A stretch of 64,000 nt of DNA from an uncultured archaeon (GCA_964551725.1 CAZKED010000003.1:1-64000), one strand, 5' to 3'. Counted from the stretch's first letter, positions 9,118 to 19,113 are shown. Notes: generated by a model not told the origin, from the letters alone. Numbers and translations: made by a program.

Positions 9118-10515
9118 TCAAAGTTTGAGGGCTTTCTTCCAGTGCCTGCAGACCTTTTCCGTGCGGGCTTCCGCTGTTCCAGTGTAGTTCTGCGGGTTCT
9201 CCAGCAGCGAGAGCTCCTTTTTTGAGAACTCCGAGAAATAATCCCGCAGTGCCCTGTTCTTGAACGCAATCTGCAGCAGGGGCTTTCCGCTTCTTTCCGC
9301 CTGCAGGGAAAGCTTCCTCACTTTCTCGTGCGCGTCCAGACAGCCCTTTAGCGCGAGCAGAACGTAAAGTGGTTCCGCTGCGACCGTGTTTTCCGCGAGG
9401 GCGAAATTCTCCCTCATTTTCCTTCTGTCCACTTTCAGTCTTTCCACTGCGGAAGCCATTCTGTCCGCGGAATATGCCAGTGCCGCAAATATTTCGGGAA
9501 TGAAGCGCGATGAAGCAGAATTGCTCAGGTCGCGCTGATGCTCGGAAATCTGGTCGAGGTAGAGCGTGAAAGCGCGGGGCATAAACTCCTTCCAGAGGCT
9601 TTTCACGTTCTCGAAAGTAATCGGATTATGCTTCTGGGGCATCGTGCTTGAGCCGACCTGCTTTTTGCCGAATGCTTCATAGACTTCGGCAATCTCGCTT
9701 CTCTGCAGGTGCCTGAGGTCGTCGGCAAGGTTGGCGATAACGCCGAATGCCGAAACAAGCGCGTGCACCAAGTCGAGCTGCGCTTCCCTGGGAACAATCT
9801 GCGTTGAGTGCCTCGCGGTTTTGAGTCCCAGCCTTTTGAGCGTTTCCTTTTCCAGTTCCTCCGGATTGCCGCAAACGAGCGAAAGGGCGTTGCTTGCGCC
9901 GACTCCTCCTGAAAGCTTTCCCGCGAGGGAGTCCTTCGCTTTTTCAACTGCGAGTATTCTCTCGCCCAGCCTTTCAACGTATTCCGCCATGGCGAAGCCG
10001 AATGTTACAGGGGAAGCGAACTGCCCGTGTGTCCTGCCTATCTGGACAGTTGCACGCTCACGCATTGCAACCCTGATGAGCGCTTTCTCCAGTCTTTTAA
10101 GGTATGGGATTATCACTTTTTCCGCTGCATCCCTGTAGCGCAGCATGTTTGCGGTATCAACAACATCGTAACTTGTCAGCCCCAAGTGCACGTAGCGCTT
10201 TGATTCATTGCTCACCCTTGCCTTAATGCGGTTCACCAATGCGCGGACATCATGCTTAATGCGGTCCTCTTCCCTGTAGACCTCCAAGGGCTTTATTTTT
10301 TTAACCGCCTTCGAGACCTCGAGCGCAACGCTGCGCGGGCAGGCTTTTTTCCTTGCAAGTGTTTTAACGAATTCCTCCTCCACTCTCGCCTGGTAGGATA
10401 CTTTTGCGTTTTCTGAGAGGAATGCCCCAAGCGCTTTTTTCAATTCGCGGTTCCTGCCGTAATAGCGGTAGTCCAGAGGGGAAATGCATTCGAACAAATC
10501 AAATCCAGCAGCCAT
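9118..10515 (-). CDS. purB: adenylosuccinate lyase
   Basis: ISPLDYRY, HLGLTSYD, GRTHGQ, GSSTMPQKHNP. Confidence 0.95.
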   Translation of the reverse strand: MAAGFDLFECISPLDYRYYGRNRELKKALGAFLSENAKVSYQARVEEEFVKTLARKKACPRSVALEVSKAVKKIKPLEVYREEDRIKHDVRALVNRIKARVSNESKRYVHLGLTSYDVVDTANMLRYRDAAEKVIIPYLKRLEKALIRVAMRERATVQIGRTHGQFASPVTFGFAMAEYVERLGERILAVEKAKDSLAGKLSGGVGASNALSLVCGNPEELEKETLKRLGLKTARHSTQIVPREAQLDLVHALVSAFGVIANLADDLRHLQRSEIAEVYEAFGKKQVGSSTMPQKHNPITFENVKSLWKEFMPRAFTLYLDQISEHQRDLSNSASSRFIPEIFAALAYSADRMASAVERLKVDRRKMRENFALAENTVAAEPLYVLLALKGCLDAHEKVRKLSLQAERSGKPLLQIAFKNRALRDYFSEFSKKELSLLENPQNYTGTAEARTEKVCRHWKKALKL

Positions 10516-10580
10516 TCTAACCCCCTAATAATAGTGCAGTAAGCGTATATATTTATTTCCTTGCCGGCAATTCTATCCCT

Positions 10581-11852
10581 ATGAGGGAAAAAGAAGCCCT
10601 GGAATACCTCAATTCGTTCGACCTCTTCAAGGTTGACCTGCGGCTGGACCGCATCCAGCAATTCCTCGAATTTTCGGGCAATTCGCAGCAAAAATTCCGC
10701 TCGGTCATTGTTGCAGGAACAAACGGAAAAGGTTCTGTCAGCGCGTTTCTTGCGGGAATTCTGAACGCAGCCGGGAAAAAGACGGGATTGTACCTGAGCC
10801 CGCACGTGCGCTCTTTGAATGAACGGATTCAGGTGAATGGAGAGAAAATTTCAGGCAGAGAGCTTGCAGGACTCGTTGAAAAACTGAAAAAGGCAAAAGA
10901 GGAATCCAAAAGCGATGTTTCCTACTTTGAATTTTTGACCGCGCTCGCCTTCGCACACTTCGCGGAAAAAGGGTGCGAAATTGCTGTGCTTGAGGTCGGA
11001 ATGGGCGGGCGCCTGGACGCAACAAATGTTGCGAACGCTGAACTTTCAATAATCACGAATGTTGCATTGGAGCACACGCAGCATCTGGGCTCGTCACTTG
11101 CGCTGATTGCGGCGGAAAAAGCCGGCGTTATAAAGAGGAATGCCAAGGTTGTAACGGGTGAACTCGCGCCCGAAGCGCGCGCTGTGGTTGAAAAAACTGC
11201 CGCGGAAAAAAACGCGGGAGTTATTGCGCTGGGAAAGGACTTTTCCTTCAGCGAAAGGCACTCAGTTCTTGACGGGCAGGAGTTTGATTTTTTCCGCGGA
11301 GAGAAAAAAATCCCGGGTCTGAAAACGAGACTAGTTGGAAAGAACCAGTTTAAGAATGCAGCGCTGGCGGTTGCCGCCGCGCTCGAACTCGGAATCAAGG
11401 AAGAATGTATACATAACGGTTTGTTGAATGCTGAACTGCCAGCGCGGTTTGAGGTGTTCAGCAAAAGCCCCCTGGCAATCCTTGACGTGGCGCACAACCC
11501 TGAGGGAATGCGCTCGCTGGCGGAAAACCTGCGAATGTTTTTTCCCGTGAAAAAAGTGAATTTTGTGCTTGGGGTTTCAGGGGACAAGGATATCAAGGGC
11601 ATTCTAGCAGAACTTGTGCCTCTCGCCGGGTCCTTTATTCTCACAAAGGCAAAATTCCGCGGCATGGACACTGAGAAAATCTCGGTAGCGCTTGGGGAAA
11701 GCGGCTTTGAGGGCGGCATCCGTGCGAAAGAAAGCGTTCCTGCTGCGGTGCGGCTCGCGCTCGCGGAAGCGAGAAGCGGAATTCCCACTGTGTTCACCGG
11801 CTCTTTTTTCAGTGTCGGCGAAGCGCTCCGGGAATTGGAAAGGGTTAAATAG
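10581..11852 (+). CDS. folC: folylpolyglutamate synthase / dihydrofolate synthase
   Basis: VAGTNGKGS, SPH, EVGMGGRLDATN, DVAHNP. Confidence 0.95.
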   Translation: MREKEALEYLNSFDLFKVDLRLDRIQQFLEFSGNSQQKFRSVIVAGTNGKGSVSAFLAGILNAAGKKTGLYLSPHVRSLNERIQVNGEKISGRELAGLVEKLKKAKEESKSDVSYFEFLTALAFAHFAEKGCEIAVLEVGMGGRLDATNVANAELSIITNVALEHTQHLGSSLALIAAEKAGVIKRNAKVVTGELAPEARAVVEKTAAEKNAGVIALGKDFSFSERHSVLDGQEFDFFRGEKKIPGLKTRLVGKNQFKNAALAVAAALELGIKEECIHNGLLNAELPARFEVFSKSPLAILDVAHNPEGMRSLAENLRMFFPVKKVNFVLGVSGDKDIKGILAELVPLAGSFILTKAKFRGMDTEKISVALGESGFEGGIRAKESVPAAVRLALAEARSGIPTVFTGSFFSVGEALRELERVK

Positions 11853-11872
11853 AAGTCCTGCGTAATTCTGGC

Positions 11873-12601
11873 ATGGAATTAGAAGAATTCCTCAAGCCGG
11901 AGAAGGAGAAAATAAAGTATTTTGCCCTTTTAATCGGGTTGACTGTCGTGGTTATGGCAATCCTCTTCTGGCTGCTTCAAAATCTTTACTCTATAACTTA
12001 TGGCACGCCTTTTGTTTTTGTAGCCCTGCTTTTGATTCCGTTTTTTTACTTGAGTGTGATTTTCTCCATAATGCTCGCTGTTAGCTTGCCCTTCTTCTTT
12101 GCCCCGCTTGTGGTTGTCCTGAGTTACTTTTCCGCAAGCTTTATTTTCGCGAGAAAAAAATTGCTCAGGGGCATAGTTCTTTATTTTGTTCTACTGTTCG
12201 CTCTTTCATTTGCAATAGCAGCAGGCATTTCAGGGTACAACGAAATCGTTGGACATGCATGCAGCACTGATGCTGAATGCTTTTTTACTTGCGGTCTGGG
12301 AGCGCACAACGGTTTTTTTATTCTCCTAAAAGACCCTTTTATTCTCACTGATTGCTTCGGGTTCAATCCGGTTGTATGCAAAAGCAATCGCTGTGCAATA
12401 CTGGACACGGAAAAGGACACTGAGAGGTTTGCCCAGTACTGCGAGGAACACGGCAATGACCAATGCTATTTTACCCTTGCAACAGAAACGCTTGAGTCGG
12501 AATACTGCGAAAAAATAGGGGCAGAGAAGCTTGCGGAAACATGCCGTAGTGTTATTTCGAAAAGAACGGGACTGTTGGATTATTACGCTGAGCCGGGGTA
12601 A
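11873..12601 (+). CDS. membrane protein with Cys-rich extracellular C-terminal domain
   Basis: About 4 hydrophobic segments followed by a domain with about 10 Cys. Confidence 0.7.
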   Translation: MELEEFLKPEKEKIKYFALLIGLTVVVMAILFWLLQNLYSITYGTPFVFVALLLIPFFYLSVIFSIMLAVSLPFFFAPLVVVLSYFSASFIFARKKLLRGIVLYFVLLFALSFAIAAGISGYNEIVGHACSTDAECFFTCGLGAHNGFFILLKDPFILTDCFGFNPVVCKSNRCAILDTEKDTERFAQYCEEHGNDQCYFTLATETLESEYCEKIGAEKLAETCRSVISKRTGLLDYYAEPG

Positions 12602-12702
12602 TCTGAAAATTCGTGTTCAGGTAATAGTTCAAATTCGAGCTTTGACCCGAAAGCCTTTTTAAACATTTAATAGTTCCATTCTAAAACAGAGGAGGGCTTT
12701 CA

Positions 12703-13392
12703 ATGAAAATAGGGAATTTTTTCAGCAAAAAGAGGATTCTGTTCATCGCACTGTTCGCCCTGATTTCGGTCGCGGCATACAGGATTAACTTTTCGCCGCT
12801 CTTGGGAGCGGAGAACCAGGCATTCACCTACTTTCAGATGTTCGCACCCGCGGCGGGCTTTTTTCTTGGTCCTGCAGCCGGAGCAACAAGCGTTTTAGTG
12901 GCGCAGCTCGCAAATTATTTCCTGCTGGGCAGGGAATTCAGCCTTCTCAACATCGCGAGGCTGACCCCAATGCTTTTCGCGGCAATTTATTTCGGAACCA
13001 AAAAGAAAAAGCTCGCTGCAATTGTGCCTCTTGCGTGCATTGCGGCATTCGTGCTTCATCCTGTAGGAATGCAGTCGTGGTATTACTCACTGCTCTGGGT
13101 TATTCCCTTTGCGGCAACACTGTTCAGGAAAAACCTTTTCGCCAAAGCGCTCGGCTCGACCTTCACAGCGCACGCGGTCGGCGCAACGGCATTCCTTTAC
13201 GCTGTGCCCACTGCACCGGAACTCTGGGCAATGCTCCTGCCGATAACCCTGGCAGAGAGGTTCGTGTTCGCGTGCGGAATCTCGCTGTCCTTCATAGCGT
13301 TCAACTCGGTTCTCAGTTTTGCTGAAAGCAGAATTCCGCTCGGCATACTGCGGCTGGACAAAGAGTACGCAATTGGAAAGGTAGCGGCATGA
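12703..13392 (+). CDS. integral membrane protein resembling an ECF transporter S-component
   Basis: About 6-7 TM segments, AAGFFLGPAAGA motif, ATGA overlap with glyA. Confidence 0.55.
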   Translation: MKIGNFFSKKRILFIALFALISVAAYRINFSPLLGAENQAFTYFQMFAPAAGFFLGPAAGATSVLVAQLANYFLLGREFSLLNIARLTPMLFAAIYFGTKKKKLAAIVPLACIAAFVLHPVGMQSWYYSLLWVIPFAATLFRKNLFAKALGSTFTAHAVGATAFLYAVPTAPELWAMLLPITLAERFVFACGISLSFIAFNSVLSFAESRIPLGILRLDKEYAIGKVAA

Positions 13393-14645
13393 CACTGCAC
13401 GAAATGCACCTGGAGAAACTGCAGGGCTCTGACCCAGCAGTTTTTGACATGATTCGGCGGGAAAAAGAAAGGCAGATGCAGGGCATTGAACTGATTCCCA
13501 GCGAGAACATTGTAAGCCAGGCGGTACTCGAGGCGCTTGCAACAGTTCCGACAAACAAGTATTCTGAGGGATATCCCGGAAAGCGCTATTACGGGGGCAA
13601 CGAGGTAATAGACGAAATCGAGAATGCGGCAATTGAAAGGCTTGTGAAACTGTTCGGGGCGGAGCACGCCAACGTGCAGCCGCTCTCGGGGAGTCCTGCG
13701 AACATGGCCGCCTATTTTGCCCTCATGGAAGCCGGCGATACATTAATGGGAATGCGCCTTGACATGGGCGGTCATTTAACCCACGGGCACAAAGTGAATT
13801 TTTCGGGAAAAGTGTTCCGCTCCGTACAATACGCCGTGGACAGGGAAACCGAACTGCTGGACCTTGACGCTATAAAAAAGCTCGCCCTGAAAGAAAAGCC
13901 CAAAGTGATTGTTTCCGGCTATACCGCTTATCCCCGCGAAATAAACTTCAAGGGTTTCAGGGAAGTTTGCGATGCAACGGGCGCGTTCGCTGTGGCGGAC
14001 ATCGCCCATATAGCAGGATTGTGCTGCAGTGGAGTGCACGAGAATCCCGTTCCCTACTTTGACATTGTCACTACGACAACGCACAAGACTCTGAGAGGAC
14101 CAAGAGGCGCTGCAATAATGTGCCGCTCCGAGTTCGCGGAGCGCGTTGATAAGGCTGTTTTTCCTTTCCTGCAGGGCGGACCGCACGAGAACGTGATTGC
14201 GGCAAAGGCTGTTGCTTTTGGGGAAGCATTAAAGCCAGAATTCAGGAAATACGCGAAACAGATAGTGAGGAACGCGGGGGCAATGGCTGAAGAGCTTATG
14301 GCTCTGGGTTTCAGGCTTGTTTCGGGAGGAACGGACAACCACTTAATGCTCGTCGATTTGAGCAAAAAGGGTTTGACAGGAAAGGAAGCCGAAGCAGCGC
14401 TGGAGAAGGCGGGAATTTACTGCAACAAGAACACCATTCCCTTTGACCCGAGAAAACCCTGGGACCCGAGCGGAATAAGGATCGGCACTCCCGCGGTTAC
14501 AACGCGCGGAATGAAAGAATCGGAAATGAAAGAAATCGCGGTGCTTATCGCGCGGGCGCTGGAAAAAAGGAACTCGGAAAAAGAACTGGAAAAAGTGCGC
14601 ATGGAAGTCCGGGAGTTGTGTGCGCAGTTCCCTTTTTATAAATAG
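13389..14645 (+). CDS. glyA: serine hydroxymethyltransferase (bacterial-like)
   Basis: LIPSEN, NKYSEGYPGKRYYGG, GGHLTHG, TTTHKTLRGPRG. Confidence 0.98.
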   Translation: MTLHEMHLEKLQGSDPAVFDMIRREKERQMQGIELIPSENIVSQAVLEALATVPTNKYSEGYPGKRYYGGNEVIDEIENAAIERLVKLFGAEHANVQPLSGSPANMAAYFALMEAGDTLMGMRLDMGGHLTHGHKVNFSGKVFRSVQYAVDRETELLDLDAIKKLALKEKPKVIVSGYTAYPREINFKGFREVCDATGAFAVADIAHIAGLCCSGVHENPVPYFDIVTTTTHKTLRGPRGAAIMCRSEFAERVDKAVFPFLQGGPHENVIAAKAVAFGEALKPEFRKYAKQIVRNAGAMAEELMALGFRLVSGGTDNHLMLVDLSKKGLTGKEAEAALEKAGIYCNKNTIPFDPRKPWDPSGIRIGTPAVTTRGMKESEMKEIAVLIARALEKRNSEKELEKVRMEVRELCAQFPFYK

Positions 14646-14654
14646 TTCGCCCTG

Positions 14655-14677
14655 CTTCCCGCCTGCGGGGCGGGAAG
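14655..14677 (+). terminator. GC-rich hairpin after glyA
   Basis: CTTCCCGCC-TGCGG-GGCGGGAAG, a perfect 9-bp stem. Confidence 0.45.
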
Positions 14678-14727
14678 AAACGTTTTTATATACGCGTTGA
14701 GTAATACCTACTGCCTGAGGAGAGAGA

Positions 14728-15204
14728 ATGCGGGGACTGAACGGATTGCTGCTCGCGGTTTTTGTTCTGGCAATGCTTGCCTGCGCAAATGCCGCTGACT
14801 CAATCGTGGACCTTAATGCTACCGACATTTATTGCATGAGCGGCGAAAAGGTGAAAGTGTACGCGGAATGCGTCGAGGATACGGGAGGAACGCCGGCAGC
14901 GCAGATTATAGACCTTGAATTTTTTATTGGAACCGCAAGCGGGTATGTTTCCGAGCTGAGCGGTCCCAACGTTGACGTAATATGCAACGCCTCCCCGCAG
15001 GAAGTGGACGGAACCGAAAACCTTGGTCCCGGACTGTATTTGGTGCAGGGCACCTGCACCGGGTGCACCGGAAAAAGCGCTGAGACAACGGCATTCATGG
15101 TGGTAATAAGAAAGCCAGGCGGGCTTTCCATTGATGAAACAGGCATTGCGGCAGTGCTGTGCGTTCTGGCAGCTGTGCTTTTCGTTGTGAGAAAAAAGAA
15201 ATAG
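14728..15204 (+). CDS. secreted protein with C-terminal TM anchor and basic tail
   Basis: N-terminal signal peptide (..ANA), beta-rich core, IDETGIAAVLCVLAAVLFVV-RKKK. Confidence 0.75.
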   Translation: MRGLNGLLLAVFVLAMLACANAADSIVDLNATDIYCMSGEKVKVYAECVEDTGGTPAAQIIDLEFFIGTASGYVSELSGPNVDVICNASPQEVDGTENLGPGLYLVQGTCTGCTGKSAETTAFMVVIRKPGGLSIDETGIAAVLCVLAAVLFVVRKKK

Positions 15205-15223
15205 AAAAAAGGAAAAAAGGGGT

Positions 15224-15664
15224 TCAATTTATTTTTACTTTGAATCCCCTGGGCTTTTCCTTGGACTGCCTTTTGGGAATGCTGAGCTTCAGTATTCCGT
15301 TTTTGAACTCCGCTTCCGCTTTCTCCGGCAGTACCTCAGCGGGCAACGGCACGGTTCTGCTGAACTCCTCGAACGAGCGCTCCTTGTAGTAATAGTTCTT
15401 TTTTTCTGTGTCCACTTTTCCCACGGACTTGCCTTTAATTGAAAGGTATTTGTCGTTCAGGTCTATCTCAATGTCTTCCTTCTTTATTCCCGGCAGTTCC
15501 GCGACAACCTCGATTTCTTTGCCTGCATCCCTCATGTCAATGAGCGGCGACCTCAGCCCTGTTTCCTTGAATTCGAAGTCAAGGAAAGGGGTTCCCGGCC
15601 CGGACATTCTCCTGCGCATCCTGTTCATCTGTCTGAAAGGGTCGAAAAAGTCAATGTCGTTCAA
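15224..15664 (-). CDS. small heat-shock protein, Hsp20 family
   Basis: AELPGIKKEDI, ERSF..FSRTVPLP, AEFKNGILKL; GGAGGTG SD before TTG 15664. Confidence 0.93.
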   Translation of the reverse strand: MNDIDFFDPFRQMNRMRRRMSGPGTPFLDFEFKETGLRSPLIDMRDAGKEIEVVAELPGIKKEDIEIDLNDKYLSIKGKSVGKVDTEKKNYYYKERSFEEFSRTVPLPAEVLPEKAEAEFKNGILKLSIPKRQSKEKPRGFKVKIN

Positions 15665-15690
15665 AAAAACACCTCCCGGTTTTATCAACA

Positions 15691-15733
15691 TTTGACTAAA
15701 ATATTTAATCATTTATAATATAATTTAGTCAAA
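15691..15733. promoter_or_regulatory. perfect 10-bp inverted repeat (putative operator) upstream of hsp20
   Basis: TTTGACTAAA-N23-TTTAGTCAAA. Confidence 0.55.
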
Positions 15734-15786
15734 AAGTTTTTAAATTTGTCGCCTTATGCGGCAATCCCGCACAGAGAAAGGGCTGC

Positions 15787-16521
15787 TTAAAACGGCAGCA
15801 CTGCCCACAAAAGCCAGAAAACCGCGCCCGAGAGAGCGCTCAGCAAAACCCAGAGAAAGAAATCGTAAAGAAACCTGACCTCAAACACTTCCGCGACAAT
15901 AAAGAAAGGAATTATCACCGCGCCGTAGAAGAAGAAAACCGCGCCGAGAACCAGCACGGCAAGCAGGGCGCCGGGGTTGAACGCCGGAACGCCGCTCTCC
16001 ACCAAGGATTCGAGTTCTTCAATCCTTTCAATCGAGTGCATTTCAATAAATTCTTCGAGTGCTCCGGCATCCTTTGAGAAAACTATTTCCGCGAGTTCCT
16101 CCGCGCTCTGCTGCGGCAGTCCCTCCTGTGCCGCAATTTTTGCGACCTCGAATGTGAGCGGGGTTGCAAAATAAAACAAAAAGGAAAGAATCGTGAGAAG
16201 CGACAGCATTACCCAGGAAAGGGACAGCGAGGAAGCAATGCCGGCGAAACTGCCGCGCATTACCTTGCCCCTTACAAGGAATGCCGAAACGTAAAAAACA
16301 ATTGCAATGATAATCCACGTGAGGAAATTCCTCACCATTCCCAAAAGCAGGGAAAGGAAAGAGGAAAGAGAGAGGGGAAAACCGAAGAGAATGTATCCGA
16401 AGAATATGACAAAAGCGGGAATCACCGAAAGAAGCAGGGCGGTTTTAAAACTGGGCTTGTCCTGCGCTTCCTGCACTGTTTTCCTCGGTCTCAGAACAAT
16501 ATTAAGCGGATTTATGTTCAT
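15787..16521 (-). CDS. Yip1-like membrane protein
   Basis: N-terminal IVLRPRKT motif and about 5 TM segments. Confidence 0.65.
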   Translation of the reverse strand: MNINPLNIVLRPRKTVQEAQDKPSFKTALLLSVIPAFVIFFGYILFGFPLSLSSFLSLLLGMVRNFLTWIIIAIVFYVSAFLVRGKVMRGSFAGIASSLSLSWVMLSLLTILSFLFYFATPLTFEVAKIAAQEGLPQQSAEELAEIVFSKDAGALEEFIEMHSIERIEELESLVESGVPAFNPGALLAVLVLGAVFFFYGAVIIPFFIVAEVFEVRFLYDFFLWVLLSALSGAVFWLLWAVLPF

Positions 16522-16565
16522 AAAAACTCACTTAACATTAAAACAATGGAAGTATTTAATTCTTT

Positions 16566-17627
16566 CTAGCGGGTTTTTTCCGCCTCCTTAACCTCAAGGT
16601 AGAGTTTTCTCGCCTTTCCCTCCCTTTCGAAATGCCTCCTTATCGGCGCGATGAGTTCCTCAACGCCGGAAGCAACGGCTTTCTTCAAGTCCAGGGGATG
16701 CAGTTTTCCGGAAACATACGCTTTCTCCAGTTCTTGGTAGGACGAGAATTTCACATTGCCGCCGTACTTTCTATCGCGCTTCACTTCAATCTCTCCCAGG
16801 GACGGAAAAACAACATAACTGCAGTATTCCAGCACGGGATTGTCTTCCGCGGTTTTCGCGGGGCAGTATGCACTCATTATTTTTCTCTCAATTTCCGCAG
16901 CCGAGTCGTGCACGAAAATGCTTGAATCCGGCTTCGACTTTGACATTTTTGTTTCAACCAAGCCGTCGCCTTCCTTTGCACCCTGAAGACCCAGCAGCAT
17001 GTGGTGGTGCACGGCAACAGGCTTTTTTTTGCCAAGCTTTTCAGCAACCTCGCGTGCCAGCATGTTCGCCCTGCGCTGGTCCATTCCCAGCTGGCATATG
17101 TCCACGCCAAGCATGAAAATGTCCGCCACCTGCATACTCGGATAATACATCTGCGCGGTTGTCAGCTTTTCGGTTTCCTCCCTGCCGGCAATAAGCATTG
17201 CCCTGCGCGTCCTGTTGAGCGTAATATTCCTCGCAACCCTCAGCACTGTATCCCAGTAATCCAGCGAATCCATGAGCTCGGATGCCCAGACCACTTTCAC
17301 TTTGTCCATTGGAATGCCCGCGGCCTTCCAGACCTCGCAGAAATATTTTCCGCAAGCCCTTATCTTCCCCATGTCCGCATTCATCTTATTGTTCACAAAA
17401 GCAAAATAGTCCGCGAGGTAGAGAATGAATTCCACTTTTGCCTCGACCATTCTCTTCACGTTCTGGGCGCGATAAACTGCGAAAGGCAGGTGCGCGAGAC
17501 CGCTTGGTTCAAAGCCATCGTACGCAGAGAGCTTTTTTCCCGATTCAACCAGCGTTTCGAGTTCCTGGCGTGTAACGATTTCCTCCCCAACGCTTTCAAT
17601 CAGTTCAATCCTTTTCTGGGAATCCAT
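16566..17627 (-). CDS. tyrS: tyrosine--tRNA ligase (archaeal type)
   Basis: YDGFEPSG, YPSMQVAD, GMDQRR, KMSKS, LHPLDLK. Confidence 0.96.
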   Translation of the reverse strand: MDSQKRIELIESVGEEIVTRQELETLVESGKKLSAYDGFEPSGLAHLPFAVYRAQNVKRMVEAKVEFILYLADYFAFVNNKMNADMGKIRACGKYFCEVWKAAGIPMDKVKVVWASELMDSLDYWDTVLRVARNITLNRTRRAMLIAGREETEKLTTAQMYYPSMQVADIFMLGVDICQLGMDQRRANMLAREVAEKLGKKKPVAVHHHMLLGLQGAKEGDGLVETKMSKSKPDSSIFVHDSAAEIERKIMSAYCPAKTAEDNPVLEYCSYVVFPSLGEIEVKRDRKYGGNVKFSSYQELEKAYVSGKLHPLDLKKAVASGVEELIAPIRRHFEREGKARKLYLEVKEAEKTR

Positions 17628-17713
17628 TTTTTTCCTCTCCCGAGCCCGGGCGCGAAATTCAATTATATTTAGCGGAAAAGGCATAAAAGCGTTTCCTTTC
17701 AACTAATAATCGC

Positions 17714-18157
17714 ATGCTTGCAGGGAAAGTAATGGCATTCGGCTGCTTCGACCTCCTGCACCCCGGACACCTGTTCTACCTCAAAAAAGCAAAATCTCTC
17801 GGCTCAGAGCTCACAGTGGTCGTGGCACGGGACAAAACGATTGAGAGGGAAAAAGGGCATTCCCCCCTGCTAGGCGAAAAAGAGAGACTTGCCCTCGTGC
17901 GCGCACTAAAGCCGGTGGACCGCGCGCTTTTGGGTGCAAAAGACCCGGAAAAAAAATTCAGCGTTCTGCAAAAAGAGGCGCCGGGTGTAATCGCGCTGGG
18001 GCACGACCACCTTGTAACCGCAAAGGAAATCCGCGAAAAACTCAGAGAATTCAGCATCAAAGCGCGCGTCACGCGCCTGCCGGGCTATAAGCCCAAAAAG
18101 CTCAGGAGTTCCAAAATGAGGAAACGCGTTGATTTGGAACTGGACGACCTCTTTTAG
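17714..18157 (+). CDS. ribL: archaeal FAD synthetase (cytidylyltransferase fold)
   Basis: FGCFDLLHPGH, VVVARD, IALGHD. Confidence 0.8.
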   Translation: MLAGKVMAFGCFDLLHPGHLFYLKKAKSLGSELTVVVARDKTIEREKGHSPLLGEKERLALVRALKPVDRALLGAKDPEKKFSVLQKEAPGVIALGHDHLVTAKEIREKLREFSIKARVTRLPGYKPKKLRSSKMRKRVDLELDDLF

Positions 18158-18169
18158 CCGTTACGGGTT

Positions 18170-18637
18170 TCAGCGCAGCACTTTTCTGTAAAGCACGTTG
18201 TTTTTGTATTCCGTTCCCTTTTTCCAAGCGCGTTCGAGCACGCCGTACTGTTCGAACCCAAGCTTCTCGAACAGGTGTATTGCTGAAGCGTTGTCGTGCT
18301 GTGTTTCAAGCAAAACAATTTCAATCCCCTGCAGCAGTTCAGAGATGGCTTTTTCCATGAGCTTTGAGGCGATGCCTTTTCCCCGGAAATTCTTTGAAAC
18401 AATAACGGAATAAACGCGCGCGAGATGCGAGTGAACTCCGCTGCCGTAAGTAATTTTTACATGCCCCACAATCTGCCCGTTCAACTCGGCAACAACCCTT
18501 CTCTCCCTCACGGAAAAAAGCGTCCTCCTAATCCTCTTTTCCGCAAGAGACCTGTTCCAGTGCGGGTACAAAGCCAGGAGTCCTGCAACATCCTTTTCCT
18601 GGATGTCCCTCAAAACAAGGTTGCCTTCCACCATCAA
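18170..18637 (-). CDS. GNAT family N-acetyltransferase
   Basis: V..FRGKGIASKLM motif A; NASAIHLFEKLGF. Confidence 0.92.
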   Translation of the reverse strand: MMVEGNLVLRDIQEKDVAGLLALYPHWNRSLAEKRIRRTLFSVRERRVVAELNGQIVGHVKITYGSGVHSHLARVYSVIVSKNFRGKGIASKLMEKAISELLQGIEIVLLETQHDNASAIHLFEKLGFEQYGVLERAWKKGTEYKNNVLYRKVLR

Positions 18638-18660
18638 ACCAGTCCCCGAACGGAAAAAAA

Positions 18661-19113
18661 TTATTTTTTTTTGTCCTTGAGCTTGTGGGAGTCGTGGCTC
18701 TTCGAGATGTCCAGAACAAAATTGGAATGGATTACGTCGCGCCCGACAAGCACGGGATACGCCATCGAGGAACGGTCCGAAAGAGTAAAACGGCCCTTCC
18801 TCCGTATTCCGCGCAGTTCAATTTCGCCTTTTACCACAGCCCTGCGGGTATAGCCCGCCGGATCAGTCTTGCTCTTGACCCTTGCAACGCTCACAACAGG
18901 ACCCAAACCGCAGCGCGCGGCAACGCGCAGGTCAACTGAAGTGCGAGTGGCACCGCTGTCAATAAGCGCTTCGGTTTCCATGCTGCGCCTCGAGCCTATC
19001 ACTTTCACTTTTTCCACCAATCCGATTATTTTCTTTTCGGTGTGCTCTTCCCTGCCCCCATCTGAAACAGCCCTTATTATGTGGTCCACAACGGATTTTC
19101 CCTTTTCAGGCAT
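18661..19113 (-). CDS. retropepsin-like aspartic protease, RimK-associated (RimB-like)
   Basis: IGLVEKV, ALIDSGATRTS, FTLSDRSSMAYPVLVGRD. Confidence 0.85.
   Translation of the reverse strand: MPEKGKSVVDHIIRAVSDGGREEHTEKKIIGLVEKVKVIGSRRSMETEALIDSGATRTSVDLRVAARCGLGPVVSVARVKSKTDPAGYTRRAVVKGEIELRGIRRKGRFTLSDRSSMAYPVLVGRDVIHSNFVLDISKSHDSHKLKDKKK

Noticed and set aside
10922-11797. 291-aa antisense ORF, and similar long antisense ORFs over purA, ribBA, tyrS and the ligases
   Set aside because: Shadows of well-supported genes on the opposite strand, with no motifs of their own
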